Source: Candidatus Kapaibacterium sp.
Lineage (GTDB): Bacteria > Bacteroidota > Ignavibacteria > Kapaibacteriales > UBA2268
Reading direction: 5' to 3'
DNA: 64,000 bases
Assembly (NCBI GenBank): GCA_938031175.1
Contig: CALHGZ010000007.1
Span: forward strand, 2,999 to 66,998
Shown: positions 48,088 to 58,492 of the stretch, in pieces
How positions within the stretch are numbered: the first letter of the stretch is position 1
Layout of the letters: every line of letters begins with the position of its first letter
The notes under the pieces: generated by a model
Databases searched by the model: none
What the model was told of the DNA's origin: nothing
The model's input: only the letters and a program-made list of their open reading frames with translations
Position numbers and translations under genes: made by a program

Positions 48088-49890
48088 ATGGATAATATTA
48101 GAAATTTCTGTATAATAGCTCATATAGATCATGGTAAATCAACACTTGCAGATAGATTGCTCGAACTGACAGGTCGAGTTACAGAACGAGAAATGACAAC
48201 AAATCAGATTTTAGACGATAATCCACTTGAGCAGGAACGAGGAATTACTATAAAATTACACGCTGTGCAAATGGATTATAAAGCTAAAGATGGGAAAGAA
48301 TATATTTTAAATTTAATCGATACCCCTGGGCACGTTGATTTTTCCTATGAAGTGTCCCGTTCTCTTGCTGCTTGTGAAGGAGCTTTATTGATTGTAGATG
48401 CTACACAAGGAATAGAAGCACAAACAATTAGTAATCTTTATATGGCAATAGATGCTGATTTAGAGATTATACCGATAATAAACAAGATAGATTTGCCGAG
48501 TGCAGCGACAACTTTGGAAGATGTAAAACATCAAATAATAGATTTGATTGGCTGTAAAGAAGAAGAAATTTTATTAGTTTCTGCAAAAATGGGTATCGGT
48601 GTAGAGGAAGTACTAGAAGCTGTTGTTGAAAAGATACCGCCTCCCAAAGGAGATCCAACTCAGCCATTGAGAGCATTGATTTATGACTCTTTATTCGATC
48701 CATATAAAGGTGTAGTTGTAAATGTGCGTATTTTCGACGGAGTTTTAAAAGAAAAAGATAGAATTATATTTATGTCAACTAATCAAGTTTACGAAGTGGA
48801 GGAAGTCGGTGTATTGCAAATGAAACGTGTTCGAAAAGGAGAGTTGTCAGCTGGTTACGTAGGATATTTTACAGCGAATATACGTAATTTACATGACACA
48901 AAAGTAGGAGATACCGTAACACATGAGAAGAATCAATGTAAAGAGCCGATAGAAGGCTTTAAACTTGTCAAACCGATGGTATTTAGCGGTATTTATCCGG
49001 CAGATGCAGATGATTTTGAAGATTTGCGTGATGCTTTGGCAAAATTATCTTTAAATGATTCATCAATATCCTTTGAACCAGAAACTTCAAAGGCACTTGG
49101 ATTTGGATTTAGATGCGGATTTTTAGGGTTACTCCATCTCGAAATTGTACAAGAGCGATTGGAAAGAGAATTTAATCAAACAATTGTTACAACTGTACCA
49201 AACGTACGTTATAAAATATTGCTTACTGATAACTCTGAATTGTTTATTGAGAGTCCTTCTCAACTGCCACCCTTAACGAAAATAAAGGATTTTATGGAGC
49301 CATTTATAAAGGCTCAGATTATAACTCCAGCTGAATATATTGGAAGTATAATGAAATTATGTATGGATAGACGTGGAGTTTTAACAAATACAACATATCT
49401 TTCCCCAACAAGAGCAGATTTACAATTTGATTTACCCTTATCGGAAGTAATTTTTGATTTTTACGATAAATTAAAATCAATTTCTAGAGGATACGCATCT
49501 TTAGATTATGAATTTGATGATTATAGGCCATCTGATCTAGTCAAGCTAGATATTCTGCTAAATTCAGAACCTGTTGACGCTTTGTCATCAATTGTCCACA
49601 GACAAAAAGCTTATGAATGGGGCAAAAAATTATGTTCAAAATTAAAAGAGCTAATACCACGACAGATGTTTGAAGTGGTTATACAAGCAGCTATCGGATC
49701 GAAAATTATAGCAAGAACAAATGTAAAACCCCTCAGGAAAAATGTTACAGCTAAGTGCTATGGCGGTGACATTACAAGAAAAAGAAAATTATTAGAAAAA
49801 CAAAAAGAAGGCAAAAAGAGAATGAAACAAATTGGTAGCGTCGAAATTCCTCAGGAAGCCTTTCTTGCTGTTTTAAGTATTGAAAATTAA
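48088..49890 (+). CDS. lepA: Elongation factor 4 (LepA)
   Basis: 600 aa. The N-terminal G-domain [20 protein letters not shown], the [12 protein letters not shown] motif and the C-terminal LepA-specific domain are present. Confidence 0.95.
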   Translation: MDNIRNFCIIAHIDHGKSTLADRLLELTGRVTEREMTTNQILDDNPLEQERGITIKLHAVQMDYKAKDGKEYILNLIDTPGHVDFSYEVSRSLAACEGALLIVDATQGIEAQTISNLYMAIDADLEIIPIINKIDLPSAATTLEDVKHQIIDLIGCKEEEILLVSAKMGIGVEEVLEAVVEKIPPPKGDPTQPLRALIYDSLFDPYKGVVVNVRIFDGVLKEKDRIIFMSTNQVYEVEEVGVLQMKRVRKGELSAGYVGYFTANIRNLHDTKVGDTVTHEKNQCKEPIEGFKLVKPMVFSGIYPADADDFEDLRDALAKLSLNDSSISFEPETSKALGFGFRCGFLGLLHLEIVQERLEREFNQTIVTTVPNVRYKILLTDNSELFIESPSQLPPLTKIKDFMEPFIKAQIITPAEYIGSIMKLCMDRRGVLTNTTYLSPTRADLQFDLPLSEVIFDFYDKLKSISRGYASLDYEFDDYRPSDLVKLDILLNSEPVDALSSIVHRQKAYEWGKKLCSKLKELIPRQMFEVVIQAAIGSKIIARTNVKPLRKNVTAKCYGGDITRKRKLLEKQKEGKKRMKQIGSVEIPQEAFLAVLSIEN

Positions 49891-49904
49891 CTCAGGAAAA
49901 ACTA

Positions 49905-50831
49905 ATGAATTTAAAGGATTTATACCAGAAATACAGAGATTGGCAAAAAAAGAAAAAGAAAAAACCAGAGCCACAAACTCTCACAGAAAAGCTTGTTTCT
50001 TGGGTAAAGACATTTGCCGGTGCGATCGTTATAGTTATGATTATTAATGGTCTTGCCATTGCATCCTTTGTTGTTCCAACCGGTTCAATGGAAAATACAG
50101 TAATGACAGGAGATTTTTTATTTGTAAATAGATTGATTTATGCTCCATCAACTCCACAGGTAATTCCTTTTTTTAATATTCCTTTACCATATTTATCATT
50201 TCCAGGTTATTCAAAACCCAAAAGAGGAGATGTAATTGTTTTTATCTTCCCCGGGAATCGTGACCAGGTCAAGGCAACAGAATTCCAGTATTATTTAAAG
50301 CGTTGTGTAGCCGTTGCAGGTGATACACTACAAATTATAGATAAACAATTATATGTAAACGGCGAACCAGTACCACTTCCTGAGAAGGCAAAAATTGATA
50401 ATTCAATATATACACCTCAAGTTGATCAGTTTAGAACATTTCCAGAAGGAAGGAACTATACTAAAGACAATTATGGCCCAATTCGAATTCCAAAAAAAGG
50501 GGACGTTATACATTTGACACAGGAAAATTACAAAGAGTGGCGTATATTTATTATGAGAGAAGGTAAGGATATATTCAATGACGGCAAGCAGATTTATATT
50601 GATAATAAACCTGTAACGACTTATACAGTAGAGAGAGACTATGTATTTGGTTTAGGCGATAATAGAGACAATAGTACAGATAGCAGATATTTTGGTTTTA
50701 TTCCTGTTAATAATGTCATTGGTTCACCTCTTATAGTTTATTGGTCCTGGAATACAGATTTACCGATCACCAATATTTTTCAGAAACTTGCATCGGTTCG
50801 ATTAGAAAGAATAGGCACTATAATTAAATAG
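49905..50831 (+). CDS. lepB: Signal peptidase I
   Basis: 308 aa with an N-terminal TM anchor. Box B is PTGSMENTVMTGDFLFVNR (catalytic Ser). Box D is YLKRCVAVAGD (catalytic Lys). Box E is YVFGLGDNRDNSTDSRYFGFIP. Confidence 0.9.
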   Translation: MNLKDLYQKYRDWQKKKKKKPEPQTLTEKLVSWVKTFAGAIVIVMIINGLAIASFVVPTGSMENTVMTGDFLFVNRLIYAPSTPQVIPFFNIPLPYLSFPGYSKPKRGDVIVFIFPGNRDQVKATEFQYYLKRCVAVAGDTLQIIDKQLYVNGEPVPLPEKAKIDNSIYTPQVDQFRTFPEGRNYTKDNYGPIRIPKKGDVIHLTQENYKEWRIFIMREGKDIFNDGKQIYIDNKPVTTYTVERDYVFGLGDNRDNSTDSRYFGFIPVNNVIGSPLIVYWSWNTDLPITNIFQKLASVRLERIGTIIK

Positions 50832-50837
50832 CCATTT

Positions 50838-51496
50838 ATGGAAATTAAAAATGAATTAATTTCTAATAAATCAAAAATACTTCCATTTTTGGAGATAATT
50901 TTTATATCCATATTTATAGTATTCTTTTTGAGGATTACTACTTTGGAGTTTTATCGTATATCTTCCGATTCAATGATTTATTCACTGCAAACCGGTGATT
51001 ATATTGTAATAAGTAAAATACATTATTCCCTTGGTATATCGCCTTGCCTACCTGTTTTTAACATACGAATTCCAGAGAACTGGAGAATAAAATTAAGAGA
51101 AATACAAAGAGGAGATTTAGTTGTTTTTTTTTGCCAAATACAGTTAGCTGCGGAAAGAGATATATTAAAAGAGTAATTGCGATTCCTGGTGATACTATCT
51201 TTGTATATTCGAACTTGATTTCTATAAAAAATAGTAAATACATTAAATATTATCCATTTATAAGGAAAGAAAATCAAAAATTTTTGAATCAGATATTAAA
51301 TGATAAAAAGTACTATGTTTTGAGAAGTGGTCAGTACTTTGTAATTGGTGATAACATTGATTATAGTGTAGATTCGAGAGATTTTGGTCCAATAAGTGAT
51401 CTGAGTATTATTGGTAAACCTATATTAATTTATTGGTCTGTAAATGAAGAAGACAAAACATTAAGGGTAAATAGATTTTTTAATTTTATAAGGTAA
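50838..51496 (+). pseudogene. Second signal peptidase I gene interrupted by a -1 frameshift in a T9 homopolymer (pseudogene or sequencing artefact)
   Basis: ORF 50838-51176 encodes the TM anchor plus box B (SSDSMIYSLQTGDYIVISK) and box C (QRGDLVVFF). ORF 51131-51496 continues in the -1 frame with box D (KRYIKRVIAIPGD) and box E (YFVIGDNIDYSVDSRDFGPI). The frames diverge inside the T-run at 51124-51132. A T10 there would give one intact ~220 aa LepB. Confidence 0.55.
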
Positions 51497-52650
51497 TGAG
51501 TGGTATTTATATACATATCCCTTTTTGCGAAAGAAAATGCAATTATTGTGATTTTTATTCAATTGAAAATAAATCGTTAATTCCGCAATTTGTTGATAAA
51601 TTATGCCGGGAAATTGAACTAAGATCTAAAAACGAAGCACCCAATTCGTCCATTCAGAGTATATTTTTTGGTGGGGGTACACCTTCAATACTTGAGACTT
51701 ATCATTTGGAAAGAATATTAAATTCTCTTTATAGAACCTACCCAATACAAAATAATACTGAGATAACTGTCGAATGCAATCCAGGAACACTTAGCAAAAA
51801 AGATATGAAAGCATATCAATCTATGGGAATAAATAGATTGAGTCTTGGGATTCAATCGTTTAATGATGCAGAGCTGAAATTTTTACAAAGGATACATTCT
51901 TCGGTAGAGGCTGTAGACTCTTATCTAATGGCAAGGGATTGCGGTTTCGACAATATTAATATTGATTTAATGTTTTCTCTTCCAATTCAAGATCTAAAAA
52001 GTTGGGAATTCACCCTGACTAAGGCGCTTGAATTAAAGCCAGACCATATTTCAGCTTATAGTCTTATATATGAACCGGATACACCATTGTATAGAGCATT
52101 AAAAGATGGGAAAATAGTGCCTCATTCAGTTGATTCGGATAGCGAATTTTTTCTCTACACTATGAATTACCTTGAAGATAACCACTATATTCAATATGAG
52201 GTTTCGAATTATTCTTGTCATGGGAAAAAATGCATTCATAATTTAAATTATTGGTACGGTGGTGAATATATTGGATTTGGACCATCTGCACATAGTTACA
52301 TTGGCAACAAAAGAAGTTGGAATGTTAGAAATATAAGAAATTATATTGATCTATTGACAAAAAAATCATTAGCTACCGAAGGAAGTGAGGAATTATCTTT
52401 TAAGGATAAACTTTATGAATCCGTTTCCTTACAGCTGAGAGCTGAAGGTATTTTAAGGGAGGAATTTTGTCGGAGATTTGGCTTTGATCCTGTGCTAGAA
52501 GACTTATTTTTTGATAACTTAAAAGAAAATAATTTAATTGGAGTTAGCTCAAATAAACTTTTTTTGACGAAAAAGGGATATTTGATCTGTGATGAAATTA
52601 CTGTAAAACTATTGGAATTATACGAAATTCAAATTGATTGTAGAAAATAA
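51496..52650 (+). CDS. hemW: Radical-SAM heme chaperone HemW (oxygen-independent coproporphyrinogen oxidase-like)
   Basis: 384 aa. The N-terminus IYIHIPFCERKCNYCDFYS carries the CxxxCxxC radical-SAM motif, and a HemN_C-like C-terminal domain follows. The lepA-lepB-hemW order is conserved. Confidence 0.85.
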   Translation: MSGIYIHIPFCERKCNYCDFYSIENKSLIPQFVDKLCREIELRSKNEAPNSSIQSIFFGGGTPSILETYHLERILNSLYRTYPIQNNTEITVECNPGTLSKKDMKAYQSMGINRLSLGIQSFNDAELKFLQRIHSSVEAVDSYLMARDCGFDNINIDLMFSLPIQDLKSWEFTLTKALELKPDHISAYSLIYEPDTPLYRALKDGKIVPHSVDSDSEFFLYTMNYLEDNHYIQYEVSNYSCHGKKCIHNLNYWYGGEYIGFGPSAHSYIGNKRSWNVRNIRNYIDLLTKKSLATEGSEELSFKDKLYESVSLQLRAEGILREEFCRRFGFDPVLEDLFFDNLKENNLIGVSSNKLFLTKKGYLICDEITVKLLELYEIQIDCRK

Positions 52651-52761
52651 TTTGAAAATCTGAGTTGTTAAGAAGTCTTAACAGTTTAGGTTTTATTTTA
52701 TGCTATATTTGAAAAGTTAGAACTAAAAGATTTTTAAAAGTTATTAAATAAGCATAGAATT

Positions 52762-55098
52762 ATGGAATTTTATTTATTTATCACAATCTTATTAATAATA
52801 TTAGCGATAGTTGACCTGACGGTCGGTGTAGCAAATGATGCAGTAAATTTTGTTAACGCCTCTGTCGGTTCGCGTGTATCTACATTCAAAACTATAATAA
52901 TTTTTTCTGCGGTAGGTATTTTAATTGGAGTTTTGCTATCAAGCGGAATGATGGAAATAGCTCGCAAGGGTATATTTAATCCACAATATTTTACGATGCC
53001 TGAAATAATGATAATTTTTGTAGCTGTAATGTTGACAGATGTTTTAATGCTCGATTTATTTAATACTTTGGGATTACCAACTTCAACAACTGTATCTATC
53101 ATTTTTGAATTACTGGGAGCATCAGTAGCTGTATCGGTAATTAAGATGTTGTCTGAAAATTCTGATATGTCTGTTTTATTTCAGTATATTAATACAGCGA
53201 GCGTTTTGAAAATAATTATTGCAATATTTACATCAATAATTGTTGCTTTTACAGTAGGCCTTATTTTTCAATTTGTAACTCGACTATTATTTACATTCGA
53301 TTATCATAGACGAATTAAAAGATATGGCAGTATATGGGGTGGTTTAGCTTTAACATTTATTACTTTCTTTGTAATAGTAAAAGGTGCAAAAGGTGCATCC
53401 TTTATGACAGATGAATTGTCTGCATATATTCAAACAAATTTATATTTAATTGTTGGTTTGAGTTTTGTTTTCTGGACTTTAATTTTAACCTTAATTCAAA
53501 TCTTTACCCGAATCAATATATTTAAAGTAATAGTATTAATTGGAACATCTGCCCTTGCTATGGCTTTTGCTTCCAATGACCTTGTAAATTTTATCGGAGC
53601 TCCTTTAGCTGGATTAATGGCATATCAATTTTCTTTACAAATGGATGACCCACTTAATACTACCATGGGTATATTAAATCAACCTCTTAAAGCAGATACT
53701 TTTTTGCTATTGATAGCAGGTTTGATAATGATTGCTACTCTTTTATTCTCGATGAAAGTTCGTTCAGTCGTTAATACGTCAGTCAGATTAGGTAGGCAGG
53801 AGGAGGGCTACGAAAGGTTCGAGTCAAACCTATTTGCAAGGGGACTTGTCCGTATAGCAATAATAATTTTCGAATTTATCAAAAAGTTAGTACCTCCAAC
53901 AATTTTGAATTTTATACAAAAACGGCTTGATACTACTAAGTATAAACCAGAATTAGATTCCGAAGGAAAAGCTCCTGCGTTTGATTTAGTTAGAGCAGCT
54001 GTTATTCTATCTTGCTCATCGGGATTAATTTCTTTTGCTACATCTTTAAAGCTTCCGCTTTCTACAACTTATGTAACTTTCATTGTAGCAATGGCTGCCG
54101 CTCTTGCTGATAAAGCTTGGGACAGAGATAGTGCTGTTTATAGGGTTGCAGGCGTTTTGACGGTTATAGGTGGTTGGCTGTTATCTGCTCTTATTGCTTT
54201 CACTGTTTCCTTTATTATTGCTGTGATTATATATTATGGTAATATTTATGCTATAATTGCTATTTCTTTGTTTGTTGCTTTTTCGTTAGTTCGAACAAAT
54301 TCTTTGCATAAAAAATTATATAAAGAATCCGAGGAAATAGAAACTAAATTGAGTATTGTTTCTGATAGAGCTGAAACTTTGATAAAAATTTATTATGATG
54401 AGATTTTAAAATTTTTAAATAATATTTTAAAGGCAATTGAATTTACATTAAAAGGTATACAAAAAGGTAGCATAAAACAGTTGACCAAAGCCAAGGCTTT
54501 TGCAAAATTAACAAATAAGCAATTGCCTATTTTACATAACGATATTTTAAGGATATCAAAGTATGACAATGATGATTCGGCTGATAAAAGCCTCCTCTAT
54601 GGTAAAGTTTTGAGTAGCTTAAATAGTATAACAGACCATCTTAGCTATCTGAGTAACCAAAATCTTACTTATTTTGATAATAATCATACCAAGTTCACAG
54701 ATGTTCAATTGCAGGAATTAAATATTCTTTTCTCGTCATTAATAGCATTGGTACAATCTTTTAAAGACACCATTACAAATAAAACCGTCAAAGATGGTAA
54801 AGAATTCAATGTTATAATTAATGAGATAAATTCAAATGTCAAGAAATTTTATGATAATCAATTAAAAAGATTCAGAAAATCTGGCAAAAATCTACGACGC
54901 AGTCGTTTATTTTTAGATAATATTTCAGATATAGAGGCTATCACCAATAACCTGGAATTGATAAAGAAATTAACAGACAATCTTTTTTACGAAAAGTTTG
55001 AACTTGTCAATGATTTATTAGAAGCAAAGAGAAAAGGGGTTGTACTTATTGAAGATGGGGGTAAAGTTTCCGATTCAAAGAAGAAATCTAAAGGCTAA
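52762..55098 (+). CDS. PiT-family (PHO4) inorganic phosphate transporter fused to a ~270 aa C-terminal helical cytoplasmic domain
   Basis: The two PiT signature repeats are GVANDAVNFVNASVGS (N-terminal) and AFASNDLVNFIGAPLAG (second half). There are ~10-12 TM helices within residues 1-500. Residues ~505-778 are hydrophilic and predicted all-helical or coiled-coil. Confidence 0.7.
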   Translation: MEFYLFITILLIILAIVDLTVGVANDAVNFVNASVGSRVSTFKTIIIFSAVGILIGVLLSSGMMEIARKGIFNPQYFTMPEIMIIFVAVMLTDVLMLDLFNTLGLPTSTTVSIIFELLGASVAVSVIKMLSENSDMSVLFQYINTASVLKIIIAIFTSIIVAFTVGLIFQFVTRLLFTFDYHRRIKRYGSIWGGLALTFITFFVIVKGAKGASFMTDELSAYIQTNLYLIVGLSFVFWTLILTLIQIFTRINIFKVIVLIGTSALAMAFASNDLVNFIGAPLAGLMAYQFSLQMDDPLNTTMGILNQPLKADTFLLLIAGLIMIATLLFSMKVRSVVNTSVRLGRQEEGYERFESNLFARGLVRIAIIIFEFIKKLVPPTILNFIQKRLDTTKYKPELDSEGKAPAFDLVRAAVILSCSSGLISFATSLKLPLSTTYVTFIVAMAAALADKAWDRDSAVYRVAGVLTVIGGWLLSALIAFTVSFIIAVIIYYGNIYAIIAISLFVAFSLVRTNSLHKKLYKESEEIETKLSIVSDRAETLIKIYYDEILKFLNNILKAIEFTLKGIQKGSIKQLTKAKAFAKLTNKQLPILHNDILRISKYDNDDSADKSLLYGKVLSSLNSITDHLSYLSNQNLTYFDNNHTKFTDVQLQELNILFSSLIALVQSFKDTITNKTVKDGKEFNVIINEINSNVKKFYDNQLKRFRKSGKNLRRSRLFLDNISDIEAITNNLELIKKLTDNLFYEKFELVNDLLEAKRKGVVLIEDGGKVSDSKKKSKG

Positions 55099-55109
55099 GG
55101 TATATCCAA

Positions 55110-55988
55110 TTATTTTTTTTCAATTTCATTTATTAACCTTAAGAGATAATTTTTATATTCACATCGAGGCAAAGAATTATAGTTTTGATAAAGTTGTTCA
55201 AAAGAGATTAATCCTCTTTCAAAAGCGATTTCTTCCAAGCAGGCAATTTTTCTACCCTGACGTTTCTCGATAGCATGAATGAAGGTTCCAGCTTCAATTA
55301 AGCTTTCGGGTGTCCCGGTATCAAGCCAGGCAATGCCACGACCCATTATTACAACATCGAGCTTTTTTTCGTCTAAATATAATTTTTGTATATCAGTGAT
55401 TTCAAGTTCACCACGTGCACTTGGTTTAAGATGTCTTGCTTTTTCAACTACCGATGAATCGAATATATACACTCCAGGTATAGCAAACTGCGAGCTTGGA
55501 TTTAGTGGTTTTTCTTCTATGCTTAGTATTGAACCATCTTCAGCTAATGTAACAACACCGTAATCTTGCGGATTATTAACTTTGTAAGCAAAAATAGTAG
55601 CCCCACGATTAGCTGATATTGCATTTCTGAGAAAATCTAATTTTCCATAAAAGAGGTTGTCACCTAAAATAAGACAAACCTGATTTTCGCCAATAAAATC
55701 TGCTCCGTAAATGAAAGCTTCAGCAATTCCTTTTGGTTCTTTTTGGATTACATAATCAAAATTAATTCCCCATTTACTACCGTCCCCCAGTAATTTTTTA
55801 AATTGGGGTATGTCTTGTGGTGTAGATATAATGAGAATATTACTTATGCCACTCAGCATCAGAGTTGCAATTGGATAATAAATCATTGGTTTATCGTAGA
55901 TTGGAAGCAACTGCTTGCTGATAATAGATGTTATAGGATATAATCGGGTACCTGTTCCCCCGGCCAAAATTATTCCTTTTGTCAGCAT
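55110..55988 (-). CDS. rfbA: Glucose-1-phosphate thymidylyltransferase
   Basis: 292 aa. The N-terminus KGIILAGGTGTRLYPITSIISKQLLPIYDKPMIYYPI is the RmlA signature. Confidence 0.9.
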   Translation of the reverse strand: MLTKGIILAGGTGTRLYPITSIISKQLLPIYDKPMIYYPIATLMLSGISNILIISTPQDIPQFKKLLGDGSKWGINFDYVIQKEPKGIAEAFIYGADFIGENQVCLILGDNLFYGKLDFLRNAISANRGATIFAYKVNNPQDYGVVTLAEDGSILSIEEKPLNPSSQFAIPGVYIFDSSVVEKARHLKPSARGELEITDIQKLYLDEKKLDVVIMGRGIAWLDTGTPESLIEAGTFIHAIEKRQGRKIACLEEIAFERGLISFEQLYQNYNSLPRCEYKNYLLRLINEIEKK

Positions 55989-55991
55989 TTA

Positions 55992-58313
55992 TTATTGTAT
56001 TCTGATTCTTTGTCCTATTATTAATTTGTTTTCGTTAAGGTTTTTGTTCTTCGATTTAATGGAAGATACGCTAACGCCGAATTTTTGTGCAATTGAATAT
56101 AGAGTATCCCCGGCACGAATTATATAATATTTTGGTGGATTATTGACATTCGATTTAGGTGATTTTGAAGCACCTTTAGATGTTTCGGGAACATATATTT
56201 TGAGTTTGGTGCCTGCAAAAATTGTAGTGCCGTCAATTTTATTTGCGTTCCAATTTATGATGTCGGATTCATTTACGCCATATTTGGCAGCTATTATGCT
56301 GAGGTTTTCTCCACGCTTAACTGTGTGTGTTTTAAGTGTTAAGTTTTCGGTGGAATAATTTTTTGAGATTATATTTGAAGTTCTGATTTTTAATTCTTGA
56401 CCAGTATAAATTGTTTCATCTACTATGTCATTGTCCTCGATAATAACATCGACCTTGACATTATACTTCCTTGCAATCTGAGCTAGATTTTCACCTTTTG
56501 CAACTTTATGAGTTATGATATTGTTGGTTTTAATTTTGGTGATTTCAGGTGAATTATTAATCATTGCATTATCCGAAGCTATAATAAGTTCCATTCCAAC
56601 AGTGATATTATCGCTTTCTTGAGGAATATTGTTCCATCTTTTTAAATCTTCGATAGGAATGTTATATCTTTTTGATATATTGAATAAATTATCGCCAACA
56701 GCAACGATGTGAATATTGGTTTTTTTGTTATTATTGTGCGAATCATTGTTTTTAGCAATGTTCTCTTCTTTACCATTTATTTGTTCAATAGGAATATTTA
56801 AAACTGTTCCGGTTTTTAACTTCGTTTTAATGTTTTTTATATTATTGAATGAAGCAATTTCATTCGGAGAAAGGTTATAAATTTTAGCAATGGTATGTAT
56901 TGTTTCGCCTTTTTGGATTGTATGATTAACAAGTGGCATTTTTTCTTCGGGAGAAAGTAAGGCAAAATTAGTTTTAAATTCCTCTTTAGTACCGAGGGGT
57001 ATTTTTAAAACGTATGTAGGTTTATCAGGTGGTGTAATCGAACGAATTAACTCTGGATTTAACTTTTGCAATATTTCTTCATCGGTATTTATACACTTTG
57101 CAAGAGCATTTAGATTAACCGGCTCATTTATTGTTACTGTATCGTATTTGTATTCTTCTTGTGGGGTTAGTTCGTCAATGTTAAAGCCGTATGCTTCGGG
57201 ATTTAGCATAATTTTTGTTGTAGCGATGAACTGAGGTACATAATTTCTTGTTTCTCTTGGTAACTTGTCTGCGATATCCCAAAATTTAGGATTTTCTAGT
57301 TTTGAACGCTGAATGGTTCTCCTGACGCAACCAAGCCCACAGTTATAAGCAGCGAGAGCCAAATGCCAGTCACCGAGTTCATTGTAAAGATCTTTGAGGT
57401 GTTTAAAAGCAGCTCTTGTTGATTTTTCAGGATCCCTTCTTTCGTCAATCCATATAGAACTATTGGCATTTAAGCCATATAATTCACCTGTAGAACGTAT
57501 GAATTGCCAGAGACCGACAGCTTTAGCTTTTGATACTGCATTAGGATCTAAACGGCTTTCGATCATTGATAGGAATGCTATTTCTAGTGGTACATTTTCT
57601 TCTTTTGCTATACGGAAGAATAGTGGAAACCATCGAGAACGACGCTCGATACAATCTTGAATAAATTTTCTACCTAGTTTATGACTTGTTAGGAAAGTGA
57701 TATTACGCTCAACCAATTCGTTATTATCAAGAGGTATTTCAAATTTGTGATTGTATGGCAATATAGATATTGCCGGGCTTGTATCTCGAGGAATAGTTAT
57801 TGTCTGGATATCAGGAACAATCTTAGAGGCATATTTATCAATTTCTTCGTATAATTTATCTCGAATAATAAATAAGGAGGTGTTTTCATCCAGGTTTTCA
57901 ATACTTTCTATGAAAGTTTCGTAGTCATCTATAATGGTTTGTGCTAATTCAGTAAATTCTTCATTTTGTTCTATTCCTGGATATGAAACAAGAGTATTTA
58001 AAGTTGTTATAGCGCGCTCAAAGTATTTGGCAGCTGTTAGTGTATCTTTTTTTTCTATGTGTTTTAAGGCTTGTAAATAAAGTTGTTTAGATTTTTCGAG
58101 TGTGAGGATTACATATTTGTCTATGATGATGCGTTCCGTAGGTTTATCGTCCAATTCAGAATATTCATCTGGAAAAATCTGAAGATTAGGTTTTGCTTTG
58201 TTTTTGATTTTTACAGTAGGTGATTGAGAATAAGCAAAGGGTGAGAAAAAATAAGTCAATGATATGATAATAATTATGATGGTAGTTTTCGATTTCAATT
58301 TTTTTCCTATCAT
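55992..58313 (-). CDS. mltD: Membrane-bound lytic murein transglycosylase D-like (SLT domain plus five LysM repeats)
   Basis: 773 aa with a signal peptide. The SLT catalytic motif is AFLSMIESRLDPNAVSKAKAVGLWQF. Five C-terminal LysM modules are present (HTIQKGETIHTIAKIY, HIVAVGDNLFNISKRY, HKVAKGENLAQIARKY, HTVKRGENLSIIAAKY, YIIRAGDTLYSIAQKF). Confidence 0.8.
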   Translation of the reverse strand: MIGKKLKSKTTIIIIIISLTYFFSPFAYSQSPTVKIKNKAKPNLQIFPDEYSELDDKPTERIIIDKYVILTLEKSKQLYLQALKHIEKKDTLTAAKYFERAITTLNTLVSYPGIEQNEEFTELAQTIIDDYETFIESIENLDENTSLFIIRDKLYEEIDKYASKIVPDIQTITIPRDTSPAISILPYNHKFEIPLDNNELVERNITFLTSHKLGRKFIQDCIERRSRWFPLFFRIAKEENVPLEIAFLSMIESRLDPNAVSKAKAVGLWQFIRSTGELYGLNANSSIWIDERRDPEKSTRAAFKHLKDLYNELGDWHLALAAYNCGLGCVRRTIQRSKLENPKFWDIADKLPRETRNYVPQFIATTKIMLNPEAYGFNIDELTPQEEYKYDTVTINEPVNLNALAKCINTDEEILQKLNPELIRSITPPDKPTYVLKIPLGTKEEFKTNFALLSPEEKMPLVNHTIQKGETIHTIAKIYNLSPNEIASFNNIKNIKTKLKTGTVLNIPIEQINGKEENIAKNNDSHNNNKKTNIHIVAVGDNLFNISKRYNIPIEDLKRWNNIPQESDNITVGMELIIASDNAMINNSPEITKIKTNNIITHKVAKGENLAQIARKYNVKVDVIIEDNDIVDETIYTGQELKIRTSNIISKNYSTENLTLKTHTVKRGENLSIIAAKYGVNESDIINWNANKIDGTTIFAGTKLKIYVPETSKGASKSPKSNVNNPPKYYIIRAGDTLYSIAQKFGVSVSSIKSKNKNLNENKLIIGQRIRIQ

Positions 58314-58492
58314 AATATCTCCGTTTTTTTTAGATTTTCTTTTTTTGATATCATTGCAATATAAATCATTAATTTTTATAAAGCAAATCTTATATGTTTA
58401 ATGTTTTCTATGAATCAGTTTATTTATTGTCTTATTGTTAATGAATTTATTAAATTTTTTTTGTAGGAAGCAAAAATTAAGCCAGAAGCTTA

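Noticed and set aside
52660-52700. Possible terminator after hemW (GTTAAGA-AG-TCTTAAC)
   Set aside because: The loop is too short for the full palindrome. The realistic stem is only 5 AT-rich bp and the T-tract is interrupted. Too weak to call.
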